The notes below the pieces were generated by a model. That model ran no database searches. It was not told the DNA's origin and saw only the letters and a program-made list of their open reading frames with translations. Source: Planctomycetota bacterium (lineage in GTDB: Bacteria > Planctomycetota > B15-G4 > SIAN01). From it: a DNA stretch of 64,000 bases. Location: positions 1 through 64,000 of the forward strand of contig JANNXA010000033.1 in assembly GCA_031409275.1 (NCBI GenBank). The letters are read 5' to 3'. Shown here piece after piece: positions 55,063 through 64,000 of the stretch (position 1 is its first letter; every line of letters begins with the position of its first letter). A program made the translations under genes and the position numbers.

Positions 55063-56625
55063 ATGCACGCCACCCATTCGATCCCCGCCACGAGGAAGCT
55101 CGCGATCGCGGCGTACGCGGTCGGGATCCTTGGCCTTTCGAGCCGCTCCGCCGCTGGCCAAGCGACCGAGCAGCAGTCGATCGCACCCGCGATCGCCAGC
55201 TGGTCGCAGTACTTCGGCAAGGCACTGGCGGTGAGCAACGACTACCTGGTCGTCGGCGCGCCGCTGCGCGCATCGCCGATCCCGTTCGTCGTCCCCGGCG
55301 GCGCCGACGTCTTGCGCCGCGATCCGGTCACCGGCCTCTGGCACGCGGAGGCGAGCCTGTCCGGCAGCACTGCGGGCAACGGCGCGGCGTTCGGCGCGGC
55401 CGTCGCGGTCGATGGCGACGTCGTCGTGGTCGGCGCGACCGGCCAGGCGTCGTCGACGGCCGCTCGTGCCGGTGTCGTCTACGTGTTTCGCCGCGACGCG
55501 GCCACCGGATCGTGGATCGAGGAGCAGGAACTCGAGGGGAGTGCGTCGGGCCTGGACGGCCTGTTCGGCGCGTCGGTGGCCATCGACGGCGACGTGATCG
55601 TCGTCGGGATGCCTGGCTATGCGAGCAGCACCGGCGCGGCCTTCGTGTTCCGTTATCAGCCGGCGTCGAGCGTGTGGGTCGAGGAGGCCTTGCTGCTCGA
55701 TCCCAACGGTTTCGCCGGTGATCGAGCCGGCCTGGATGTTGCGATCGATGGCTCGACGATCGCCGTCGGTTCGCCGATGCAGGGCACGCTGCCTTACCCG
55801 ACGGGAACGGTCGGCGTCTGGACCGCCAGCGGAACGAGCTGGACGCAGGCGCAGGAGCTGACGCCGAGCAGCGCGACCACGACACCGCTGCGGCTCGGCA
55901 CGTCGCTGGAGCTGCGCGGCAATCAGCTGCTCGTCGGCGCGCCGGGCGAGTCGAACGCCACGACGCAGTACATCGGCGCCGCCTACCTCTTCGAGCGCGA
56001 CGGCTCGACGTTCAGCCAGACCGCGCACTTCGAGCCACCGGCGACGTACTACAACCTCAACTTTGGCCTTGATGTCGCCGTGAATGGCAACACGGTCGTG
56101 ATCGGCCAGCCGATCGACTGGGTGAATCCGGCGATCTCCGGCTCGGCGTGGGTCTTCCGCCGTCGAACCGCCAGCAAGCCGTGGGTCGCGGATCAGATGC
56201 TGATCCACGCCGGCGGCGGCCCCGACGACCAGTTGGGTGCCACGGTCGCGATGAGCGATCACCACATCGTGCTCGGCGCGCGCTACTCGAACAAGTACGG
56301 CCAGGACGAGGGCCTCGTCGCGAGCTACGACAAGGAGGAACTCTCGCTGTCGATCTCGCCGCGCTACCCGGCGCCGGACGCGACGATCGACCTCGAGGCG
56401 CACCGCGGGAATCCGGGCGAACTGATCCTGATCGCCGTCGAAGAGATCAGCGGCGCGCAGCTCTTCATTCCGCTGCTCACCGACGTCTTCCAGGCGAACT
56501 ACGCCTACGCGGTGCAGGACAGCGCGCCCAACCCGGCGCTCGGCCTCTCCGTCGGCGTGCGCGCCTACAAGCTCAGCGCGACCGGCAAGCTGGTGGCGTC
56601 GAGCCTCGAGTACGTCGATCTGTGA
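55063..56625 (+). CDS. FG-GAP (VAxDGD..VVGA type) beta-propeller protein with shared C-terminal domain
   Basis: Signal peptide; repeats FGAAVAVDGDVVVVGA, FGASVAIDGD, G.AYVF; alternative start 55027. Confidence 0.9.
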   Translation: MHATHSIPATRKLAIAAYAVGILGLSSRSAAGQATEQQSIAPAIASWSQYFGKALAVSNDYLVVGAPLRASPIPFVVPGGADVLRRDPVTGLWHAEASLSGSTAGNGAAFGAAVAVDGDVVVVGATGQASSTAARAGVVYVFRRDAATGSWIEEQELEGSASGLDGLFGASVAIDGDVIVVGMPGYASSTGAAFVFRYQPASSVWVEEALLLDPNGFAGDRAGLDVAIDGSTIAVGSPMQGTLPYPTGTVGVWTASGTSWTQAQELTPSSATTTPLRLGTSLELRGNQLLVGAPGESNATTQYIGAAYLFERDGSTFSQTAHFEPPATYYNLNFGLDVAVNGNTVVIGQPIDWVNPAISGSAWVFRRRTASKPWVADQMLIHAGGGPDDQLGATVAMSDHHIVLGARYSNKYGQDEGLVASYDKEELSLSISPRYPAPDATIDLEAHRGNPGELILIAVEEISGAQLFIPLLTDVFQANYAYAVQDSAPNPALGLSVGVRAYKLSATGKLVASSLEYVDL

Positions 56626-56649
56626 GCGGTCGCGGGAGCGGTCGCTCGC
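56622..56649. terminator. Hairpin between convergent genes
   Basis: GTGAGCGGTCGC-GGGA-GCGGTCGCTCGC, a 12-bp stem with G-U pairs and a GNRA loop; no U tract. Confidence 0.35.
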
Positions 56650-57957
56650 TCACGCCAGCAGCGGTTGGATCGCCTTGCCGTTCGGGTCGATCAGCGTGAT
56701 GGGGCGCTTGCCGGCGTGGAAGAGCCTGGTGCTGTCGAGTCGCAGGGCGGCGCCGAGCGTGGCGAAGAGGTCGGCGACTTGCGTCGGCTTGTCCGCGATC
56801 TCGGTGCCGTGCTGGTTGGTGGCGCCGTACGCCTGGCCGCCTCGAATGCCACCACCGGCGAGCGCGACGCACCAGTTGTTGGGCCAGTGGTTGCGGCCGC
56901 CGCTGCCCGTGACTTCGGGCGTGCGACCGAATTCGCCCATGCAGACCACCAGCGTGTCGGCCAGCATTCCGCGCTTGTCGAGGTCGTCGAGCAGCGTCGC
57001 GAACGCCGGGTCGAGCTGCTGGTTCAACGCCTGCACGCGGTTGCGATTGTCGTCGTGGGTGTCCCAGCCGCTCAGCACGACCTGCACCGCCTGCACGCCG
57101 TTCTCCAGAAGGCGTCGCGCCAGGAGCACGCCCTGCCCGAACGGGTTGCGGCCGTAGCTGTCGCGCAGCGCCTCCTTCTCCTGCTCGAGGTCGAACGCGG
57201 TGAGCAGTTTGGTGTCCATCAGTCGGCGGGCGCGCGCTCGCTGCGACTGGTTGGCGGCGACGGCCGGCTCGCCGCCGCGGCGCGCAAACGCGTCGTCGAG
57301 CACTTCGACCATGTCGCCGCGATGGTCGAGGCGGTTCTTGTCGACGCCCCCGGCGTAGGAGAGGTTCTCGATCTTTCCTTCGGGGCGATCGAGCACGAAG
57401 GGCGACGCGCCGACGCCGAGATAGCCGGCGGAGAGCGGCGCGCCGTTGATCTGCACGAAGGCGGGCAGGTCGTGCGCGAGGTCGCCGAGTTCATGCGCGA
57501 CGATCGAGCCGAGCGATGGAAACGTGACCGTCGGATTGGGCACGTAACCGCATTGCACCAGTGCGCGCGCTCGCGAGTGGTTGCCTTCCCGCGACGTCAT
57601 GCTGCGGATCACGGCGAGGCGCTTCGCCCGTTTGGCCAGCAATGGCAGCGAATCGGCGAAGGTCCAGCCCGCGACGTCGGTCGCGATCGCGCTCACGCCA
57701 CCGGCGGTGGGGGCGCCCGGCTTCGGATCGAAGGTGTCGAGCTGCGACGGCCCGCCTTCCAGCCACAGCACGATCAGCCGGCGCTTGCCGCTGCCGCGCG
57801 TGGCACCGCCCTGCTGTCCGAGCGCGTCCTGCGCGAGCAGCGACACCAGCGAGGGCGCGACGGCGAGCGTGCCGGCGCCTTGGGCCAGGAGCGCCAGCAA
57901 CTCGCGGCGGCTGAAGGTGCGCGTGCCGGGCGGCAGCGATCGAGGAGTGGAGTGCAT
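56650..57957 (-). CDS. DUF1501 domain protein (Tat)
   Basis: FSRRELL; WLEGGPSQLDTFDPK, GWDTH, GEFGRTP, GRNHW. Confidence 0.93.
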   Translation of the reverse strand: MHSTPRSLPPGTRTFSRRELLALLAQGAGTLAVAPSLVSLLAQDALGQQGGATRGSGKRRLIVLWLEGGPSQLDTFDPKPGAPTAGGVSAIATDVAGWTFADSLPLLAKRAKRLAVIRSMTSREGNHSRARALVQCGYVPNPTVTFPSLGSIVAHELGDLAHDLPAFVQINGAPLSAGYLGVGASPFVLDRPEGKIENLSYAGGVDKNRLDHRGDMVEVLDDAFARRGGEPAVAANQSQRARARRLMDTKLLTAFDLEQEKEALRDSYGRNPFGQGVLLARRLLENGVQAVQVVLSGWDTHDDNRNRVQALNQQLDPAFATLLDDLDKRGMLADTLVVCMGEFGRTPEVTGSGGRNHWPNNWCVALAGGGIRGGQAYGATNQHGTEIADKPTQVADLFATLGAALRLDSTRLFHAGKRPITLIDPNGKAIQPLLA

Positions 57958-57992
57958 CGTGATCTCCCTGCGGCCATTCCGCGTCGGCGGTC

Positions 57993-59732
57993 TCAGTGGT
58001 TGGTGAGGAACTCGGTCGAGTTGAGCAGCGCCCAGAAGAGGTCCTCGATGCCGCGCTTGTTGCCGCCGGCCGAGCCCTTCACGAGGCGCCCGAGTCGCTC
58101 CGCTTCGCGCTGCGTCGGCAGGCGGCCGAGCGTGGCCAGGAAGACCTGGCGCTGTCGCTCGCGATCGGCGCGCGCCTCGTCGAGGATGTCGTCGAGCATC
58201 TTGCTCTTGCGCAGCTTCGTCTCGTCGTTGGTGAGGTTGCCGTTCATCAAGAAGAGCGCCTGCGGGATGCTGGCCGCGAAGCGATCCTCCGACCCGCCCT
58301 CGTCGTCGTTGAAGACGTAGCGGAACTTCTCCAGCACCTTGCGGCGCGCGGCCTCGAACTCCTCGCCCTTCGCGCGCACGAGCTTCTCGTCTTCGAGCGC
58401 GGTCGCGCGCTGCAGCGAGTGGAGCACCTGCTCCGCGGTGAAGGGGCGCAACGGATGGGCCGCGAACCAGCGCTCGGCGTGGGTGCGGCGATCGGCGTCG
58501 TCGTCGAGCGAATTGCCCAGCGCGTAGACACGCGTGCGAACCATCGCCTCCATCAGGTAGCGCAAGTCGAAGTTCGACTGGATGAACTTCTGCGCCAGCA
58601 GATCGAGCAACGGGGGCAGCACCTGATCCTGGCTGCCGGTCAGGTCGTCGACCGGATCGAGCAGCCCCTTGCCGAAGAAGTGGCCCCACAGGCGATTGAC
58701 GGTCGCCTTGGCGAACCACGGGTTCTCGGCCGCGACCATCCACTCCGCGAGCGCCTGGCGCCGCGTGCGGTCGTCCGTCTCGACGTACGCGGCGCCGTCG
58801 AGGAAGCGCGCCTCGCCGAAGGTCTTCTGGCGCTCGATCCCCTTCTCGAGGCGCTGGCGCTGCGTGCCGGGCAACGTCTCGAGGAACGCCGTGAGCTGCT
58901 CGTCGGTCAGCTCGTGGTCGCCCTCGCCGCGCTTCAGGCGTCGTCGCAGATCGGCGGCATCGGCGTCGCCACCCATCGCTGCCGCGCGCAGCGCGTCGCG
59001 CAGGCGACGCAGCTGGCCGATCCGCAGCTCGCCCGGGGTCGCATCGACGAGGCGCCGCGTCGGCGGCATCTCGCCGATCTTCTGGTCGCGCACGCCGAGG
59101 AAGAAGCCGGTGAATCCGTTGAAGTCCTCCTGCTTCCAGCGATCGGTCGGATGGTCGTGGCATTGCGCACACTGGATCTGCACGCCGAGGAAGGTGCGCG
59201 AGGTCACCGCCGAGAGCGCCTCGATCTCGTCGGTGTAGCTCAGCACGAAGCTGGTGGCGCCGTTCTCGTCGTTGCGGCCGCTGCTGGCGAGGAGCTCGCG
59301 CACGATCTGCGCGAACGAGACGTTCTGCGCCAGCTGCTCTTCGAGCCACGGTCGCAGTCGCGCTCCTTCGGGGCCGCCCTGCTTCTGCGCCGCGGAGAGC
59401 AGCGCATTGCTCCATTGGTAGGAGAAGTTCTGCGCGCAGTTGCGATCGGCGAGGTACTCGTTGATCTTGCGCAGCCGTTTGTCGCCGCGCTCGTCGTCGA
59501 GGAAGACGGCCGCCTCTTCGCGCAGCGGGATCGTGCCGCACAGATCGAGCGAGAGGCGCCGCAGCCAGGCGGCGTCGTCGGCGGGAGCGACGGGCGTGAT
59601 CTTCTGCTGTTGCCACTGCTCCAGGAGCGCGCGGTCGATCAGCTCGGCGAGGGCGGCCGGTGACGGGCGCTCGCCGTCGGTGGCGAGGAACGGCGTTGCC
59701 AGCGCGAAGGCGATCGAGGTCAGTGAGAGCAC
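57993..59732 (-). CDS. DUF1549/DUF1553 domain protein
   Basis: LRRLSLDLCG, IQCAQCHDHP, VNRLWGHFFG.GL, QALFLMN, WALLNSTEF. Confidence 0.93.
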   Translation of the reverse strand: MLSLTSIAFALATPFLATDGERPSPAALAELIDRALLEQWQQQKITPVAPADDAAWLRRLSLDLCGTIPLREEAAVFLDDERGDKRLRKINEYLADRNCAQNFSYQWSNALLSAAQKQGGPEGARLRPWLEEQLAQNVSFAQIVRELLASSGRNDENGATSFVLSYTDEIEALSAVTSRTFLGVQIQCAQCHDHPTDRWKQEDFNGFTGFFLGVRDQKIGEMPPTRRLVDATPGELRIGQLRRLRDALRAAAMGGDADAADLRRRLKRGEGDHELTDEQLTAFLETLPGTQRQRLEKGIERQKTFGEARFLDGAAYVETDDRTRRQALAEWMVAAENPWFAKATVNRLWGHFFGKGLLDPVDDLTGSQDQVLPPLLDLLAQKFIQSNFDLRYLMEAMVRTRVYALGNSLDDDADRRTHAERWFAAHPLRPFTAEQVLHSLQRATALEDEKLVRAKGEEFEAARRKVLEKFRYVFNDDEGGSEDRFAASIPQALFLMNGNLTNDETKLRKSKMLDDILDEARADRERQRQVFLATLGRLPTQREAERLGRLVKGSAGGNKRGIEDLFWALLNSTEFLTNH

Positions 59733-59837
59733 GGCGTCCTCCGTTTCGGGCGCGCCGCGGAGCGCGTCGACCCGACTTGAACCCCGAGAGTCATCGACGG
59801 TTGCGCGCCATCGTCATGCGGCGCGCTGCGCGACCGG

Positions 59838-60833
59838 TCATCGATGGAGGGGATAGCGCTCGATGCGCGCCTGGTTCCGCAACTCCTCCCGCAGATGGAA
59901 GACCTCGCTCGCGGAGGGAGCGCGGGCGGCCCAGATGGCGGCGAGCTCGGCGGCAGCACTCTCGAACGGAACCGCTTCGCGCACCACCACTTCCACCACG
60001 TAGAGGCCGCCGGGGGTCGAGATCGGACCGACGAGGTCGCCGCTCTTCGAGCTGGCCAGTGCCGGCAGCACCGCACCGCCGAAGTAGTCGGCGTGCAGCC
60101 GCTCGACTTCGCCGCCGCGCGGCCGCAGGTCGACCTGTTGGGTGTCGAAGCGGGGCACCGTGAAGAGGTCGCAATCGGTCGCGACGAGTGGGGCGAAGCG
60201 GGTGCGATCGGCGGTGACCGCGGCGAGGAAGCGATCGGCGCGCACCCTCGCTTCGGCCTCGAGCTTCGCGCTCTGCTCCTGATCGACGCGCTGGCCCGGC
60301 AGCACCGAACGCAGCTTGCTGAAGAAGGCGACGCGCACGTGCCACCGCTCGCCCGATTTGCCGAACTCGCGCTCCCACAGTTCGTGCTGCTGCGCTTCGG
60401 TCAGCGGACGCGTCGTCAGGATCCGCTTGGCGACGACTTCGATCTCGAGCGTGCCGGCGCGGCGATCGCGGTATCCGGCGCGATCGAGCCCCGCCTTCTT
60501 CAGCTCCTCCTGCCAGCTCGATTCGGCGCCACCGTGGCGGAGCAGGATCTGGTCCTGCCAATCCTGCTCGAAAGCGGCGTCCAGCTCGGCAGGCGTCGGC
60601 AGTGGCAGGCCGATCCGGGTCGACTCCTGACGCAGCAGCGCGAGGTCGACGTAGTCGTCGAGGTGGCGCCAGCCGTGGGTCGCGACCACCCAATCGCGGA
60701 AGTCCTCGAGTGGAAGGTCGATGCCGTTCACCCGCGCGACGACGCCTTCGGGGGTGGCGGGCGCCGGAGCGGGGGAGTTGCCCTGCGCGCAGAAAAGAAG
60801 GAGAGAGAGCGCTGTTGCGCTGAAACCGATCAT
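59838..60833 (-). CDS. Exported PpiC/SurA-like foldase (divergent)
   Basis: Signal peptide, VVARVNG, GDLVGPISTPGGLYVVEV. Confidence 0.6.
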   Translation of the reverse strand: MIGFSATALSLLLFCAQGNSPAPAPATPEGVVARVNGIDLPLEDFRDWVVATHGWRHLDDYVDLALLRQESTRIGLPLPTPAELDAAFEQDWQDQILLRHGGAESSWQEELKKAGLDRAGYRDRRAGTLEIEVVAKRILTTRPLTEAQQHELWEREFGKSGERWHVRVAFFSKLRSVLPGQRVDQEQSAKLEAEARVRADRFLAAVTADRTRFAPLVATDCDLFTVPRFDTQQVDLRPRGGEVERLHADYFGGAVLPALASSKSGDLVGPISTPGGLYVVEVVVREAVPFESAAAELAAIWAARAPSASEVFHLREELRNQARIERYPLHR

Positions 60834-61091
60834 CTAAGTCTCCGGCGGTGAGATCGAGGCCGGAAGATACTGAAGTCCCCGGTGGCGCCGCGCTTGCGCG
60901 ACGACTTGATCGGAATCCGATCCGAACCTGGCGCGAGGCGCCACCGTCAAAGGGCGTTCGGGCGAATCGTGCGGACTTGCCCCTTTTCGAGATTGGGCTA
61001 AGACCCGCGACCCGCGGAAGTGCGCGACTTGCAACAAGAGGGCGAGGTTCTGGCCGCCTCGCGAGGGGATCAGGGACAGGGAGAAGGCGTG

Positions 61092-63416
61092 ATGGCAGCG
61101 TTCGGTTTCATCGGTTCGTTGCGCCGCGGACTCCCGCTGGCGTTGGTGTTCGGTTGGGCGTCGAGCGTCGCTCGCGGACAGGACGAGGTGCCAGTCGTCG
61201 ATGACGGCCCGGCGCAGTTCAGCCAGCCCGAGATCACCGACTTCACGCGCGGCATCGCCTATGGCCTTGCCGAGTCGTCGTGGATCCACCAGCCGCAGAT
61301 CGAAGAGATCGTGCAGACGCCGACGCCCAAGGTGATCCCGATCATCAAGCTGCCGATCGATCCCGCGGATCGCGCTCGCTTCCGTCCGGCGCCGCGCAAG
61401 TTCGCGAGCTTCGACGGCATCGCCAACACCGGCTGGGTGCCACCCGACCCGTGCGTCGCCGTGGGCCCGAACCACGTCGTGCAGACGGTGAACATGAAGC
61501 TCGCCTGGTACGACAAGGCGGGCACGCTGCAGTTCAGCAACGATCTCGGCGATGCCGGCAACCCCGGCTTCTTCGAGGGGCTTGGCGCGGGCGGCTTCAC
61601 CTTCGACCCGAAATGCTTCTACGACGAGATCGCTGGACGCTTCGTCGTCGTGGCGCTCGAGGTCTACGGCACCACGGAATCGTGGATCGACATCGCCGTC
61701 TCCGACGACAACGACCCCAACGGCACCTGGTACAAGTACCGCATCGATGCGGTCACCGACGTCAGCGGCATCACCTACTGGGTCGACTACCCTGGCTGTG
61801 GCTACGACGACAAGGTGTATGTCGTGACGGGCAACCTGTTCGGGCTGAGCGCCGGCGGCTGGGCGGGCGTGAAGTATCGGGTGTTCGACAAGACTCCGAT
61901 GCTCTCCGGCAATCCAGTGACGTTCTGGGACCTGCGCGACGGCAATGCCGCTTCCGTGCAGGTGGCCGAATGCCACACCACGCCGACCGCGATCTTCCTC
62001 GCCAGCACCGATACCAGCACCTCGATCAAGCTGCAGGCGATCAAGAACGAGAACACCAGCCCGTCGCTGGTGACGAAGTCGGTCACGGTGGCGTCGTACA
62101 GCGCGCCGCCGCAGCCACCCGAGCTTGGCGGCGGGCTGCTCGACGCGCTCGATGGCCGCATCATCAACGCCGAGTTCGGGAACGGGAAGATCGTCTGTGG
62201 TCATGGCGTGAACACCGGCGATGGCCGCAGCCTCGCGCGTTGGTACATGTTCAATGCCAACAATTGGCCGACGGTCGGCAATCCGACGTTGAACCAGAGC
62301 GGCAACGTCGACCTCGGTCCGGGGGTGCACACCTTCTATCCCGGCGTCGCGCGGCAGACCGGCGGCGAGGTGGGCATCATCTGCGCCTACTCGTCGGCGA
62401 ATGAGTACGCGGGCATCGCGACCGCCGTCCATCGCACGACCGACGCCGCTGGCGTGGTCGGCCTGATCGAGCGCGCCAAGTACGGCACTTCGAGCGCGAG
62501 CGGTCGCTGGGGCGACTACTTCGACGCCTGCATCGATCCGTCCGATCCCACCAAGTTCTGGGGCGTTGGCGAGTATCCGAACTGGGGCACTTACATCGCC
62601 GAGTTCGACGGCGTGCCGACGACGCCGACCACCGGCATCCTCTATTCCGTCCGCGGCAAGAGGCTGATCAACGGCCTGTGGCTCGAGGCCGGCGACATCG
62701 CGCATCTCGATCCGATCACCGGCGCCCACTCGATGTACTTCGACCTGAGTGACATCGTCACTTCTGGAACGCCCAACCTCGACGCGTTCGCCCGCCTCTC
62801 CGATGGTTCGCTGCTGTTGTCGTTCGGCGGCACGGTCACGGTCCCCGGCTTGACCGGCGGTCCGGCGGGTACCACTGTCGAGGATGAAGACATCATCCAG
62901 TTCGTCCCGACCTCGCTCGGCGACGTGACGACCGGCACCACCTCGTTCTATTTCGATGGCAGCGACGTCGGCCTGACCACCAGCGTCGAGGACATCGACG
63001 CGCTGGCAGTCGACGCCTCGGGCAACCTCTGGATGTCGATCGAGGGCACCTTCGCGGTGCCGGGCATCAACGGCCTCGACGAAGACGTGCTCCAGTTCAC
63101 CCCGACCACCCTCGGCGCCACCACTGCGGGGACCTGGTCGTGGATCCTCTACGGGCTCGACCCGGACGTGAAGCTCGGGCAGACCGGCGAGAACGTCGAC
63201 GCGCTCGACTACGACATCGCCAGCGGCACGTTGACGCTGTCGACCACTGGCGACTTCCAGGTGCCGACATTGGTTACCGGCCAGAACCGCGACTTGCTGC
63301 AGTTCACGCCGACGGCGCTGGGCTTCAACCCGGCCGGAACGTGGCTGGTCACGCTCGACGGCGACCTCTACGGCCTGACGCTGGCCGACCTCGACGGTCT
63401 CGAGATCCTGCCGTAG
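61092..63416 (+). CDS. Secreted two-propeller protein
   Basis: Signal peptide; PPDP..AVGPNHVVQ.VN, FDP..YD, DYP, RWGDY; C-terminal repeats EDEDI, DGSDVGL…DIDAL. Confidence 0.8.
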   Translation: MAAFGFIGSLRRGLPLALVFGWASSVARGQDEVPVVDDGPAQFSQPEITDFTRGIAYGLAESSWIHQPQIEEIVQTPTPKVIPIIKLPIDPADRARFRPAPRKFASFDGIANTGWVPPDPCVAVGPNHVVQTVNMKLAWYDKAGTLQFSNDLGDAGNPGFFEGLGAGGFTFDPKCFYDEIAGRFVVVALEVYGTTESWIDIAVSDDNDPNGTWYKYRIDAVTDVSGITYWVDYPGCGYDDKVYVVTGNLFGLSAGGWAGVKYRVFDKTPMLSGNPVTFWDLRDGNAASVQVAECHTTPTAIFLASTDTSTSIKLQAIKNENTSPSLVTKSVTVASYSAPPQPPELGGGLLDALDGRIINAEFGNGKIVCGHGVNTGDGRSLARWYMFNANNWPTVGNPTLNQSGNVDLGPGVHTFYPGVARQTGGEVGIICAYSSANEYAGIATAVHRTTDAAGVVGLIERAKYGTSSASGRWGDYFDACIDPSDPTKFWGVGEYPNWGTYIAEFDGVPTTPTTGILYSVRGKRLINGLWLEAGDIAHLDPITGAHSMYFDLSDIVTSGTPNLDAFARLSDGSLLLSFGGTVTVPGLTGGPAGTTVEDEDIIQFVPTSLGDVTTGTTSFYFDGSDVGLTTSVEDIDALAVDASGNLWMSIEGTFAVPGINGLDEDVLQFTPTTLGATTAGTWSWILYGLDPDVKLGQTGENVDALDYDIASGTLTLSTTGDFQVPTLVTGQNRDLLQFTPTALGFNPAGTWLVTLDGDLYGLTLADLDGLEILP

Positions 63417-63505
63417 CACCGCGATGAAATGAGTGGATCGTCTGGCGCGCCGGCGGGGCGACATCCAAGCCCGCGCCCCAACGGCATGTCGGAGAGGGAG
63501 TCGCG

Positions 63506-63868
63506 ATGCCACGCAAGGTCGAAGTCGACTGGTACTACCACCGCGCCGGCTGAACGGGCTGCGTCAAGGCCCAGGAGTTCCTGGGCGACTACGAACTGGT
63601 GGTGCGGGAGAAGGTCGACGCGCGCAAGACGCGACTCGGTCCGAGCGACCTGGGCAAGGTGCTGGAAGGCGTACGCACGGTCGTCGCGTCGAACGGCCGC
63701 ACGCTGCGCCGCTTCGACCTTGGCGCCAAGGAGTGCGATCGGACCGAGCTCCTCTCGCGCATGATCGGGCCGAGCGGCAACCTGCGCGCGCCCACCGTGC
63801 GTCGCGGGCGGTTGCTGATCGTCGGCTACCACGCCGACTCGATGAAGGAACTCGTCGGAGGCGGGTGA
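63506..63868 (+). CDS. ArsC-like thioredoxin-fold selenoprotein (U16xxC19)
   Basis: GGGAG RBS; ATG at 63506; MPRKVEVDWYYHRAG-TGA-TGC continues in frame into the track ORF 63599-63868 (GNLRAPT…LIVGY). Confidence 0.88.
63563..63589 (+). promoter_or_regulatory. Candidate bacterial SECIS hairpin
   Basis: GTC-aag-GCCCAGG-AGTT-CCTGGGC-GAC directly downstream of the TGA at 63551-63553. Confidence 0.65.
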
Positions 63869-63899
63869 CGCCGCGCTCCCGCGAACGAAGGGGGATCGC

Positions 63900-64000
63900 G
63901 TGACTGCTTCGTCGCCGACCGCTGCGCAGGGCGAGCTCTACCTGAAGCCGTTGCTGCTCGGTGTGATGCAGAACTACGTCTACCTGCTGGGCTCGCGCAC
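63900..64000 (+). CDS. Partial CDS, probably an MBL-fold metallo-hydrolase N-terminus
   Basis: GTG start; …LYLKPLLLGVMQNYVYLLG, typical of glyoxalase-II-like N-termini; truncated by the window edge. Confidence 0.55.
   Translation, partial: MTASSPTAAQGELYLKPLLLGVMQNYVYLLGSR

Noticed and set aside
53224..56403. 1059 aa ORF
   Set aside because: Only 53224-54399 has recognisable domains; the remainder overlaps the cupin in another frame and is antisense to the FG-GAP gene.
56650..59616. 988 aa ORF as a DUF1553-DUF1501 fusion
   Set aside because: The upstream part is an Arg-rich off-frame read of the DUF1549/1553 gene; DUF1501 has its own RBS, start (57957) and Tat signal.
173..63903. Numerous long Arg/Ala/Pro-rich overlapping and antisense ORFs
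   Set aside because: Expected shadow ORFs in high-GC DNA; they have no motifs and the wrong codon-position GC pattern.
1..64000. CRISPR array, rRNA/tRNA, prophage, reverse-transcriptase or defence systems
   Set aside because: I found no regularly spaced repeats, RNA-gene signatures, or Cas/RT/phage/integrase motifs by eye; short RNAs could have been missed.

Overview
High-GC (roughly 70% by eye), densely coding bacterial window, most likely from a Planctomycetota genome. This assignment rests on a DUF1501 + DUF1549/DUF1553 pair, a PVC-type CxxCH heme protein, a DUF6288 protein and many secreted FG-GAP proteins. About 46 CDS can be supported. I saw no rRNA, tRNA, CRISPR array or intact transposase. 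Main points: (1) A ~11 kb, ten-gene cluster (43528-54764) looks like an uncharacterised aminocyclitol/pseudosugar biosynthetic locus. It encodes a non-canonical DHQS-fold sugar-phosphate cyclase, ROK kinase, BtrN-like radical SAM enzyme, nucleotidyltransferase-NUDIX fusion, cupin, DegT aminotransferase, divergent GH4, TIM-barrel isomerase, TMK-like multidomain kinase and GT4. (2) Two otherwise different secreted beta-propeller proteins share a ~95-100 aa C-terminal domain that aligns without gaps, a candidate sorting/anchoring domain. (3) An ArsC-like selenoprotein (UxxC motif, in-frame TGA plus SECIS-like hairpin) was truncated by the ORF track. (4) Two apparent pseudo-enzymes: an ArgJ homologue and a GAF histidine kinase. 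(5) A lower-GC segment encodes a ~1500 aa alpha/beta-hydrolase + FG-GAP protein with a G10 tract at its 5' end. All family calls come from motif recognition by eye, not from database searches.
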